Below, piece after piece: positions 6,409 to 16,800 of a stretch of DNA of 64,000 nucleotides. Numbering within the stretch: the first letter of the stretch is position 1; every line of letters starts with the position of its first letter. Both the position numbers and the translations under genes were made by a program. Under the pieces are notes generated by a model. The model saw only the letters and a program-made list of their open reading frames with translations. It did no database searches and was not told the DNA's origin. The stretch is from a virus, in the IMG/VR virus record IMGVR_UViG_3300017731_000001; one strand, 5' to 3'.

Positions 6409-6523
6409 GTTTATAAAAACCCATGACTCCCCTAACCTACAAAGGTTTCCAAGAGCGCGATAAAATTCCAAGGCACATAAAATTTTTTTTCGCTATATAA
6501 AATCAAGTGTAAGGTTCGCGTAT

Positions 6524-6700
6524 ATGCAAAAAAATTCCGAGAAAATTTTTAGTGAAGTAGAGGTCGATCCTGTGACTGGGGATTATTATGTAACGGTGCC
6601 CGAAGTAATTTTGAATGAGATGCAATGGTATGAGGGCACTACTTTAAGGTGGTTAGTGGATGGAGATGAGATTGTTTTAGCAGAAGAAAAGAGTCCTTGA
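6524..6700 (+). CDS. 58-aa AbrB/MazE-like DNA-binding protein (not in ORF track)
   Basis: YYVTVPEVILNEMQWYEGTTLRWLVDGDEIVL matches the swapped-hairpin pattern (vtiP..i...lgw..G..l.w......i.l). Confidence 0.6.
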   Translation: MQKNSEKIFSEVEVDPVTGDYYVTVPEVILNEMQWYEGTTLRWLVDGDEIVLAEEKSP

Positions 6701-6725
6701 CAATCGCTATATAATGTTGTATGAT
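6697..6725 (+). promoter_or_regulatory. Sigma70-type promoter
   Basis: TTGACA-17bp-TATGAT upstream of the glycosyltransferase. Confidence 0.7.
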
Positions 6726-6747
6726 TCGAAAGTAAATTGTTATTCTT

Positions 6748-7500
6748 ATGGCAAAGGGATTCACAGTAAAGGCAAAAACGCCGGTCAAAAAAACTGCAGA
6801 GTGGGATTATGATAAAGCAAAAGAGATGGTAAGAGGAAAGGCAATTGTCTTTTGTCTTCCAGGGAGAGGATGTTCTTATGCTTATCTAAAGAATTTCGTA
6901 CAACTTTGTTTTGACTTAGTACAATCGGGAGCAAGCATCCAGATTTCGCAGGACTATTCGTCCATGGTTAACTTTGCAAGGTGCAAGTGTCTTGGAGCAA
7001 ATGTATTGCGTGGTCCGGACCAATTGCCCTGGGACGGAAAATTAAAGTATGATTATCAGTTATGGATTGATAGTGATATTATTTTTAATACTGAGAAGTT
7101 TTGGCAATTGGTTCTAATGGATCAAGACATTGCATCCGGATGGTATGCCACAGAAGATGGTAGAACGACCTCAGTAGCACACTGGATGGAAGAGGATGAT
7201 TTCCGTAATAATGGCGGTGTGATGAATCATGAAACGGTTGAGAGTATTTCAAAGCGCAGATCTCCATTCACCGTAGATTATGCCGGATTTGGATGGTTAC
7301 TCATCAAGCACGGAGTCTGGGAGAATAGTGAGATGAAGTATCCATGGTTTGCTCCGAAGATGCAAGTCTTCGAGAGTGGCGAAGTACAGGATATGTGTGG
7401 AGAGGATGTCTCATTCTGCCTTGATGCAAAGGAGGCAGGTTTCGAGATTTGGTGTGATCCTCGTGTTCGCGTTGGGCACGAAAAGATGCGAGTAATCTAA
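6748..7500 (+). CDS. GT-A fold glycosyltransferase (GT2-like)
   Basis: DxD motif WIDSDI, GFGWLLIK, GEDVSFC and RVGHEK. Confidence 0.75.
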   Translation: MAKGFTVKAKTPVKKTAEWDYDKAKEMVRGKAIVFCLPGRGCSYAYLKNFVQLCFDLVQSGASIQISQDYSSMVNFARCKCLGANVLRGPDQLPWDGKLKYDYQLWIDSDIIFNTEKFWQLVLMDQDIASGWYATEDGRTTSVAHWMEEDDFRNNGGVMNHETVESISKRRSPFTVDYAGFGWLLIKHGVWENSEMKYPWFAPKMQVFESGEVQDMCGEDVSFCLDAKEAGFEIWCDPRVRVGHEKMRVI

Positions 7501-7501
7501 G

Positions 7502-7663
7502 ATGGCACGTCAGGAATTTTATAGAATTCTTGTAGATGATAAAATTCTTTATGATCAATTGAGCACTGAAGAATTTTTTGATAAGATAGAGGACCTGTCC
7601 ATAGAATTTTATGAGACAGGTCAATCAGGTAACATTAGAACTGAAATTATTATTGAGGAATAA
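7502..7663 (+). CDS. 53-aa acidic hypothetical protein (not in ORF track)
   Basis: MARQEFYRILVDDKILYDQLSTEEFFDKIEDLSIEFYETG..., tightly packed after the upstream stop. Confidence 0.65.
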   Translation: MARQEFYRILVDDKILYDQLSTEEFFDKIEDLSIEFYETGQSGNIRTEIIIEE

Positions 7664-7671
7664 GGAGTCTT

Positions 7672-7821
7672 ATGGCAGTACGATCAAAGGTTGGTTTAAA
7701 TGGTGAAAGAAACATTGAATCAAAACCGAAAAAAACTCGTCAAGGTAGTGGTAAGAACACGACGTATTCTGCAACATCCAGAAACGCGGCTCGTAAAAAG
7801 TATAGAGGTCAGGGAAGATAA
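7672..7821 (+). CDS. 49-aa highly basic protein (not in ORF track)
   Basis: AAGGAG ribosome-binding site; MAVRSKVG...KPKKTRQGSG...AARKKYRGQGR. Confidence 0.7.
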   Translation: MAVRSKVGLNGERNIESKPKKTRQGSGKNTTYSATSRNAARKKYRGQGR

Positions 7822-7850
7822 TAGATAGTATTAACTATTAAACTTTCTTC

Positions 7851-8525
7851 ATGTCTTGTTTGATCTCAAATTTACCTGCCTATGAAGTATGGGTAAGAAA
7901 AGAATATCTCACCGATCATCAAAGTGGTCATGGTGAATTTGTAAAGGGCGTCTGGGTATCGGTTAAATCGATGCCTGGGCGTGCTTTTTATTTTGAAACG
8001 TACTTACCAGAGTATGCCGCAATGTATGATAAGTTACCTATAAGCGCGTTTGTCTCGTCTCCGGAAAAACCAACTCCTGATATGACACTTCATAATCTAC
8101 AATTTTGGAACTGTATGGATTATGGTGTTACAACAATTCAAAAGCAATTCATTGGTTCAATGCATTTTGAAGTTTATACTCGTGATTATGGAACTCAAAC
8201 GGGCACTTATGTTTGCACGATCGATAATTATCATCAAGATGCTGATGCAATTGATTATTCGACCAGTGAAAATCCATCAGAACACAAGTCTCATAACCTA
8301 ATTGAACTTGATAATGGGCAGTTCTGTCTCTATCCAAATAATAGAACTCGTATTTTTGATAATAGTCTGACACCAGAGACGCCAAAGATTCCAGATTTTA
8401 AAGTTTCGACTGTTTATTACCAGGTAGAAAATGGTCATGATCGTGATGGACTTGGTAATGATGACAATTATTTTTGGAAAACTGCCAAAGAACATAAAAC
8501 CGAGGATCAAATTCCTAATTATTAA
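7851..8525 (+). CDS. Conserved cyanophage hypothetical protein
   Basis: Long intact ORF upstream of gp25; no function recognised. Confidence 0.8.
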   Translation: MSCLISNLPAYEVWVRKEYLTDHQSGHGEFVKGVWVSVKSMPGRAFYFETYLPEYAAMYDKLPISAFVSSPEKPTPDMTLHNLQFWNCMDYGVTTIQKQFIGSMHFEVYTRDYGTQTGTYVCTIDNYHQDADAIDYSTSENPSEHKSHNLIELDNGQFCLYPNNRTRIFDNSLTPETPKIPDFKVSTVYYQVENGHDRDGLGNDDNYFWKTAKEHKTEDQIPNY

Positions 8526-8527
8526 GT

Positions 8528-8535
8528 TATAAATA
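8528..8535 (+). promoter_or_regulatory. T4-type late promoter
   Basis: TATAAATA immediately upstream of gp25. Confidence 0.8.
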
Positions 8536-8553
8536 AAGAAAAACTCCTTGTCA

Positions 8554-8955
8554 ATGGCCATTCAAAGGATATCAAGAGCATTTAAAGATATTAGTTTGTC
8601 TTTTGACGCACATCCTATCACCAAAGATCTACAAATATTAAAAAATGAGAACGCGATTCGTAGATCCGTAAGAAATATAGTAGAAACTATCCCCACTGAA
8701 AGATTTTTTAATTCCTTATTAGGATCTGAAGTGAGAAGTAGTCTCTTCGAATTTGTTGATTTTGGTACTGCATCAGTAATTCAAAATCAAATAGAGATTG
8801 CACTTGAAAACTTTGAACCAAGAATTGATAACGTACAGGTCCAGGTTGATCCTTTTCCGGATAGGAATACCTTTAATGCTACAATCATCTTTGATATCAT
8901 CGGACAAGAGTTTCCAACTCAAGAATTTTCTTTCCTATTAGAGGCAACGAGATAA
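8554..8955 (+). CDS. gp25: Baseplate wedge subunit gp25
   Basis: FKDISLSF, AIRRSVRNIVET..TERFFN..LGS, FEPRI; synteny with gp6. Confidence 0.92.
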   Translation: MAIQRISRAFKDISLSFDAHPITKDLQILKNENAIRRSVRNIVETIPTERFFNSLLGSEVRSSLFEFVDFGTASVIQNQIEIALENFEPRIDNVQVQVDPFPDRNTFNATIIFDIIGQEFPTQEFSFLLEATR

Positions 8956-8956
8956 T

Positions 8957-10867
8957 ATGCCTTTTACTAAGTATACAAATCTAGATTTTGATCAAATAAA
9001 AACATCCATCAAGGATTATCTTCGTGCAAATTCAACTTTCACCGATTTTGATTTTGAGGGATCTAACTTTTCTGTCTTAATAGACACTCTAGCATATAAC
9101 ACATATATCACAGCATTCAACTCAAATATGATTGTGAATGAATCCTTTTTGGATTCTGCCACTCTCAGAGAGAATGTTGTTTCATTAGCAAGAAATATTG
9201 GTTATGTACCCCGCTCTAGAACCTCTGCAAGGGCACAAATATCATTTTCAATACAAAGACCCGATGGAGATTCATCTGCTCAGGTGACGCTTCAGAGAGG
9301 TCTTGTATGCACAGGCACTTCTGCTAATACTTCATACGTATTTTCAATACCCGAGGACCTTACTAGAGGTTTTGTTAATGGAGTTGCAACTTTTGATAAT
9401 ATTGAAATTTATGAAGGCACATATTTAACCAAACAATTCTTATATGATGGTTCTCTCGATCAAAAATTTATCATTGATAATTCATTTGTCGATACCTCTA
9501 CCTTAAAAGTTTATATCAAAAAAGAAAATGATATAGGAATTGGGATCGAATACTCTTTAGTTGATAATATTGTTAATGTAACTCCAAGTTCTCAGATTTA
9601 TCTTCTTCAAGAGATACAAGATGAAAAATATCAATTGCTTTTTGGTGATGGATTAATAGGAAAAAAACTTGGAACCGATCAAAATTCCGATGGTAATATA
9701 ATTGTTGCCAATTATATTATATCAAATGGGATTGAAGGCAATGGAGTATCTAATTTCTCCATGGCTGGAAGTTTTTTGACATCAGAAAACAACAATATCA
9801 ATCCATCTAATATAACAATCACGTTAAATCGTGCATCTCAGAATGGATCTGAAATTGAATCTATTGATTCAGTTAGATATTACGCTCCAAAGATATATTC
9901 TGCACAATCTAGAGCAGTAACGGGTCGTGATTATGAGGCAATTATTAAGAGCATTTATCCAGATACAGAATCTGTTGCCGTGGTTGGTGGAGAAGAGATG
10001 GTTCCTCCACAATTTGGTACTGTAAATATCAGCATTAAACCAAAAAATGGAACTTTTGTCTCTGATTTTAATAAATCTAGAATTTTATCACAATTAAAAC
10101 AATATACTGTCTCTGGAATAAACCAAAAAATAACAGATCTCAAAATTTTATATGTTGAAATTGATTCTTCAGTTTATTATGACTATTCAAGAATATCAAC
10201 TGCCGAAACTTTGAAAACAAGAGTGTTGGATACCCTTAAAACGTACTCAAATTCTTTAGAAATTAACAAATTTGGAGGAAGATTTAGATATAGTAAAATT
10301 CAACAAATTATTGACAATACTAATACTTCTATAACTTCTAATATTACTAAGGTTAGGATTAGAAGAGATTTAAAAGCAATTATAAATCAATTTGCACAGT
10401 ATGAATTGTGTTATGGAAATAGATTTCATATAAATTCAACTGGATATAACATTAAATCGACAGGATTTAGAATTGCATCTGATCCTGATGTTGTTTATTT
10501 GACAGATATTCCCAATTCTGATGGAATGACAGGAATTTTGTCAATTGTAAAACCAGTTAGTAATGAATCGACAAGAGTTGTTGTAAAATCAGCAGGAACT
10601 GTTGATTATATTAAAGGTGAACTTAATATTAACACTATAAAAATTACTTCAACAGAAAAACAAAACAATATTATTGAAATTCAGGCATTCCCAGAGTCAA
10701 ATGATGTGGTTGGATTGAAAGATTTATATCTTAATTTTAACATCTCAGCAAGTTCAATAAATATGGTGAAGGATGTTATTTCATCAGGAGACGAAATATC
10801 GGGAACGGTATTTAATAGAGACTATTACACATCAAGTTACTTAAACGGGAATTTAATAAGAGAGTAG
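8957..10867 (+). CDS. gp6: Baseplate wedge subunit gp6
   Basis: LDFDQIK, DFDFEGS, ESFLDSATLRENVVSLAR.IGY, FGDG..G, RAVT..DY. Confidence 0.95.
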   Translation: MPFTKYTNLDFDQIKTSIKDYLRANSTFTDFDFEGSNFSVLIDTLAYNTYITAFNSNMIVNESFLDSATLRENVVSLARNIGYVPRSRTSARAQISFSIQRPDGDSSAQVTLQRGLVCTGTSANTSYVFSIPEDLTRGFVNGVATFDNIEIYEGTYLTKQFLYDGSLDQKFIIDNSFVDTSTLKVYIKKENDIGIGIEYSLVDNIVNVTPSSQIYLLQEIQDEKYQLLFGDGLIGKKLGTDQNSDGNIIVANYIISNGIEGNGVSNFSMAGSFLTSENNNINPSNITITLNRASQNGSEIESIDSVRYYAPKIYSAQSRAVTGRDYEAIIKSIYPDTESVAVVGGEEMVPPQFGTVNISIKPKNGTFVSDFNKSRILSQLKQYTVSGINQKITDLKILYVEIDSSVYYDYSRISTAETLKTRVLDTLKTYSNSLEINKFGGRFRYSKIQQIIDNTNTSITSNITKVRIRRDLKAIINQFAQYELCYGNRFHINSTGYNIKSTGFRIASDPDVVYLTDIPNSDGMTGILSIVKPVSNESTRVVVKSAGTVDYIKGELNINTIKITSTEKQNNIIEIQAFPESNDVVGLKDLYLNFNISASSINMVKDVISSGDEISGTVFNRDYYTSSYLNGNLIRE

Positions 10868-10868
10868 T

Positions 10869-13800
10869 ATGATACAGACTGGATTTGAATCTAAAGTCAA
10901 GATTCAACAAATTATTGACAATCAACTTCCTGAGTTCATTTTGGATGAAAATCCAAAAACAGTAGAATTTTTAAAGCAATATTATATTTCTCAGGAATAT
11001 CAAGGCGGACCAGTTGATATTGTTGATAATTTGGATCAATATCTAAAATTAGATAATCTGACTCCAGAAGTTATAGTTGATAGCACCTATGCCACTTCAG
11101 GAATCTCTTCTACGGATACTACAATCGCCGTAAATAGCACTAAAGGATTCCCAAGTCAATATGGTCTATTTAAGATTAATAATGAGGTTATAACCTATAC
11201 TGGAATCACTACAAATTCATTCACTGGATGTCAACGTGGATTTAGTGGGATTACTTCATACCATAGTGAATTAAATCAAGAGGAACTTGTATTTTCTGAT
11301 ACCTCAAAAGAAAACCATAATGAAGATGCAACAGTATATAATTTAAGTTCTTTATTTTTAAGAGATTTTTATAAAAAATTAAAATATACTTTTGCTCCTG
11401 GATTAGAAGATGTTGATTTTGCAAAAGAATTAAATGCTGGAAATTTTATAAAAGAAGCAAAATCTTTTTATCAATCGAAAGGAACTGACGAATCATTTAG
11501 AATTTTATTTAATGTTTTATATGGAGCAACACCAAGAGTAGTAAATTTAGAAGATTATTTAATTAAACCATCTTCTGCAGAGTATCTCAGAAGAGAAATC
11601 GCAATTGCCGAAGTAATTAGTGGAGATCCTTCAAAATTAGTAGGACAAACAATAACCAAATCTACAGATTCTGGAACTACAGCAGCAATATCTGAACTAG
11701 AACCTTTCACTAGAAATAATAAGCAATATTTTAAATTATCTCTCTTTATTGGATATGACGAATCCTCGACAATTCAGGGCAATTTTGCTATTACCCCTAG
11801 CACAAAAAATATTGAAACTGTTGCCATAGGTGCTTCTGTAATTAGTGTAGACTCTACGATTGGTTTTGCACAGACTGGAATGGTTATTTCTGGTATCAAT
11901 AGCATAACTTATTCTGATAAAACTGTTAATCAATTTATTGGATGTACTGGAGTTGCATCGACAATCTCTTCTGCAAGTAATATTAGATCCGATGAGATTT
12001 ATTTTGGTTATGAAGATGGGGATTCGGATAAAAGAGTAGAAATAAGATTAACTGGAGTATTATCTAATTTTATTCAGGTGTCCGATGATTTAAATATTTC
12101 TGAAGGTGATACAATTTCTGTCAATAATGTTGGTGATTTAATTTTAAACCCAAGTATTGGCAACAGAACATACAAAGAAATTTTTGCAAATTCATGGATA
12201 TACAATACTAGTTCATCTTATGAAATAAAAGATTTTGGTGTTAATTTATCATTAACATTAAAAAGTGAAATCGACAAATCCAGTTTAAAAGAAGGAGATA
12301 GTGTCGAAATTATAGAAAGTAGTGGTAATAATCCAGGAAAAGTAGTATTTCCTACATCATCTTCAAGTATTACTCATGTAGTTGATATTTCTCCCGATAA
12401 AAAATCAATTAGTTTAGATAATTTTACTTTTAATCCAAGTCCCAATGTAGAGTATAGTTTAAGAAGAAAAATTAATAAAGCAAGAAGTACAGGTGCTCCC
12501 ATAGAATATGGAAATTCTGCCATCTTAGGAGATGTTCAAAACGTATATACTGATAGCACAGAAAATTTTGGATATGTTGCATCTAATTCTCTACCATCTT
12601 CAACAACAGGACTTACTACATTCTTTACATATGAAATAACTAAAGAAATTAATTCTGCGTTTATAGATTCTGAAGTAAGTTTAGGAAATATTAATGAACT
12701 TAACAATTATACGACTATTACTTTTTCGGAAAATGCACCATTTCTTACTGGAGATAAAATATTATATAAACCAGATGTCGATCCTCTTGAAGGACTAGTT
12801 GAAGGATCATATTTTGTTGAAGTTCTAGCATCTAATAAAAAAACCATTAAATTATACAATTCTTCATCTTTTATAGGATCGACGGATTTTGCAACTTTTT
12901 CAGTTCCAAGTTCTGGAATGAATAAGCATACTTTTACTTTATTTGAGCAGAGAATTGGAGAAATAGGGGCACAAAAACTTCTTAAAAAATTCTCTATTCC
13001 TCCAAATAATAAAAATGGAAAAGGAGAATTGACCATACCAGGAACTACTGGTATGTTGATTAATGGTGTTGAAGTTGTAAATTATAAATCAGAAGATAAA
13101 ATTTATTATGGACCTTTAAATTCTATAAAGGTATTAAATGGTGGTAGCAATTATGATGTGATTAATTTGCCACAATTATCAGTTTCTGCTGGTTTGGGGA
13201 CAACTGCATTATGTCGTCCGGTAATTCAGGGGTCTATTGAAAGAGTTGACATCGATACTCAGGATTTTGATATTGACAATGTTACTTCAATTAAAGTAAT
13301 TGGTGGAAATGGTACTGGAGCCGATATTAGGGCAGTAGTTGGTAAAAGAGTTAGAGAAGTAAATTTTGATGGACAGTTAATATCGTCAAATGGTGGAGTA
13401 GATAACAATACAAATCAAATAACTTTCTTAACGGATCATAATTTTTCAGATGGTCAAGAAGTAATTTACGATTCTAACAGAAATACAGGAATTGGAGTTG
13501 GAATAGGAACTTCATCTCTAGTTGATGAAGGTTCTTATTTTGTAAAAATTGATAATAATACGACAGTTCAATTATTTGAATCATATGATGATTATTCTTC
13601 AAATAGTAATGTTGTAGGTCTTAGTACTCTTTATACTACGGGTATTCATAAATTTAAAACAAAGGAAAAGACTAAAACAATTTCTTCTGTTGATGTAATT
13701 AATGGTGGAAGTGGATACACTAATAGAAAATTAATTGTTTCTCCAACGGGAATAACCACATCAAATGGTTTGATTAGTTTTAAAAATCATGGATTTGCTG

Positions 13801-16800
13801 ATGGTGATTTAATTCTTTATTCCACTGATGGAACATCAATTACTGGATTAACAACATCAACAGGAATAACAACAACATCAGTTCAGTACCAAATAATAAA
13901 AGTTGATAATAATTCATTTAAACTTGCTAATGCTGGAGTTGGTGGAACATCCCCCCTAAATTATCAAAATAACAATTTTGTTAAATTATCTTCAACGGGA
14001 GTTGGATATCAGAATTTCGCTTATCCTGATATTTCTGTTTCTATTGAATTTACATCTGTAGGCGTTGGAACAACTGTATCCACCAGAACATTATCAGCAA
14101 CTCCTTTAGTAAAAGGTAGTATTATTGATGCATACATTTATGATGCAGGAACTGGATATGGATCCAGTGCTATTAATTTTGAAAAGAAACCTTTAATTAC
14201 TCTAAAAAGTGGAAAGAAAGCACAATTAAAACCCATCATAGTTGGTGGAATGGTTGATGTAGTAAATGTTCAGTTTGGAGGAGTGGAATATTTTTCTGTT
14301 CCTGACTTAGAAGTTATAGATTCCAGTGGATCTGGATCTGGTGCTTTATTGAGACCGGTCATATCAACATCCGGAAAAATAACAGATGTTAAAATTATTA
14401 ACGCTGGTATAGGATACTCTAGTACTTCCACTTCCATTAAAGTTGTCCCTAGTGGGTCTGGTGCTATTTTTGACACTGAAGTTAGATCGTTGAGTGTTAA
14501 TAATATTCATAAGTACGGAAATGAAATATTAAGAGAGACTAAAAACAAATTGCAATATACTATTTCTGGATATTATACTGAGTTAAGATCTACATTTAAA
14601 GATGTTCAGAGTAAAGTTTCTGGAATAATTGGTTGGGCATACGATGGAAATCCGATATACGGACCATATGCAAACTCTGATGTGTTGGATACAAGTTCTG
14701 GTCCAATACGTTTAGAATCTGGATACACCAGTAATTCTTCTAGAATTATTGATAGACCCATGGGATTTGATGATGGATTTTTTATTGAGGATTACGAATA
14801 TACAAATTCTGGAGATTTGGATAGACACAATGGTAGATTTACAAAAACAGTAGATTTTCCTAACGGTGTTTATGCGTATTTTGCCACCATTGACAGCAAT
14901 GGAAACCCACAATTCCCATATTTTATCGGAGACAAATATAGGACAAATACTTTAGAAGAAAATAAACTTTTAAATCAAGAATTTAATTTTACAAATTCTA
15001 ATTTACTTAGAAATACTTTCCCATATAAAGTATCCGACCCTTTTGCAAATAATGACTTTTTAATTGAAACCAATGAAATTTCAAGACAAAAATCAGTTAT
15101 TGAATCTGTCACAGAAGGACCAATAGAAAAAATTGATATTCTCAATTCGGGCACAGGTTATAAAGTAAATGATTCTTTAAATTTTGATAATAATGAAACT
15201 AATGGTGATGGGGTTATTGCAAAAATAACTTCAATTTTAGGAAAAAATGTATATAATATACAAACTTCGATAGAAACTTATGATGATGCCATTTTTACTT
15301 GGAATGGAGAAAATGAGATAAAAGTTTCAATTTTACCTCAACATAATCTCAGAGATAAAGAGTATGTAACTATTTCCGGATTTAGTAGTGATTTATCTCA
15401 ATTAAATAATAATTTTCAGATTGGAATCAGTTCTTTTTACTCCAATCTTTCCTCACCAATAGTTGGGTCCGATGCATCTCCTGGAGCAGCAACTACGGAG
15501 ATATACGTATCTCAAATTCCAAGTTCCGTTTCTGCCGGAAGTAGTGTTGGAATTGGATCCGAAACTTTACAAATATTAAATATATTTCCCAATCTGAATA
15601 TTCTCAGAGTTAAGAGAGGTTTAGTCGGAACTTCTCATACTACCACCACAAAAATTGAATATATTCCAGATTCTTTTACAATATCAAAGAATGCGAGTTA
15701 TTTTGAGTCTTCAGTAAATGATAAAGCATACTTCAACCCTAAAGAATCAGTAGGTGTTGGCACGATTGTTGGAATATCAAGTTCAATGACTTTTGAATTT
15801 GGTGATTCTTCTGTGACAAGAGATATTCTAACACAAAGAATTTATATTGAAAATCATCCATTTATAACCAATCAACCTGTCAATTTGATTGTTCCGGCTG
15901 GTGGCGCAATTTCAATTTCCAACACATCTTTAAGCACTCCATATAACTTACCAATATCAGGAGTTACTACCACAGTATATGTTGTAAAAAAGACAATAAA
16001 TTCTATTGGTATTAAAACAGGAATTGGAAATGAATTTAAGGAAGTATTTTTCCGCAATAACGGAACTGATAGTGATGAATATTTATTTGAAAGTATTAGT
16101 CCACAAAAAAAATCAAAAGTTCAAAGAATTAATTCAGTTGTTTCAATTTCAACTGTTGGTCTGAATACGGTAGATCCCGGACAAACTTATCATAAATTGT
16201 CCTCTGGAGATAAAATTACTTTAAATGTTCAACCTAAAATTTTTGGAGGAATAGGAACGGATACATCAGTAATTGTAAAGAGAGACACTCTTACTGATAG
16301 TCTCATTGTAAATCCAATTACCATTGATCCTTCTAATATTGATTCTGTAACTAATCAGATTACAATCAATTCTCATAAATTAGAAACAGGTCAAAAAGTA
16401 AGTTATGCTGCATCTTTACCTGCTTCCGGACTATCTACCGGGTCTTACTATGTCTATAGAATAAATGAAAATATTATTCAACTTTCCGAGACATACATTA
16501 ACTCTACATCAAATCCACCCAATGTAGTGAGTATTGCAAACACTGGTGGCGGAACACAAACAATTTCTCCAATAAATCCAAAAATTAAGATAGTCAAAAA
16601 TAATAGTTTAGTTTTTGATCTGTCAGATTCCTCTTTAGATGGATATCTATTAAAAATTTATTATGATAATCAATTTAATAATGAATTTGTCTCTACTGGT
16701 TCAACTAGTGGAATAACTATTGCGGGTGTAGGAACTGTCGGTGTTAGTGCTAATGCCAAGTTGACTCTCAATTATAACACTGACAATTCTACCAATATTT

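Noticed and set aside
1-6700. GC-skew inversion marking an origin
   Set aside because: Spot counts show G-rich DNA before 2500 and C-rich patches near 5100, but G-rich DNA again by 6200; a computed cumulative skew is needed before any claim.
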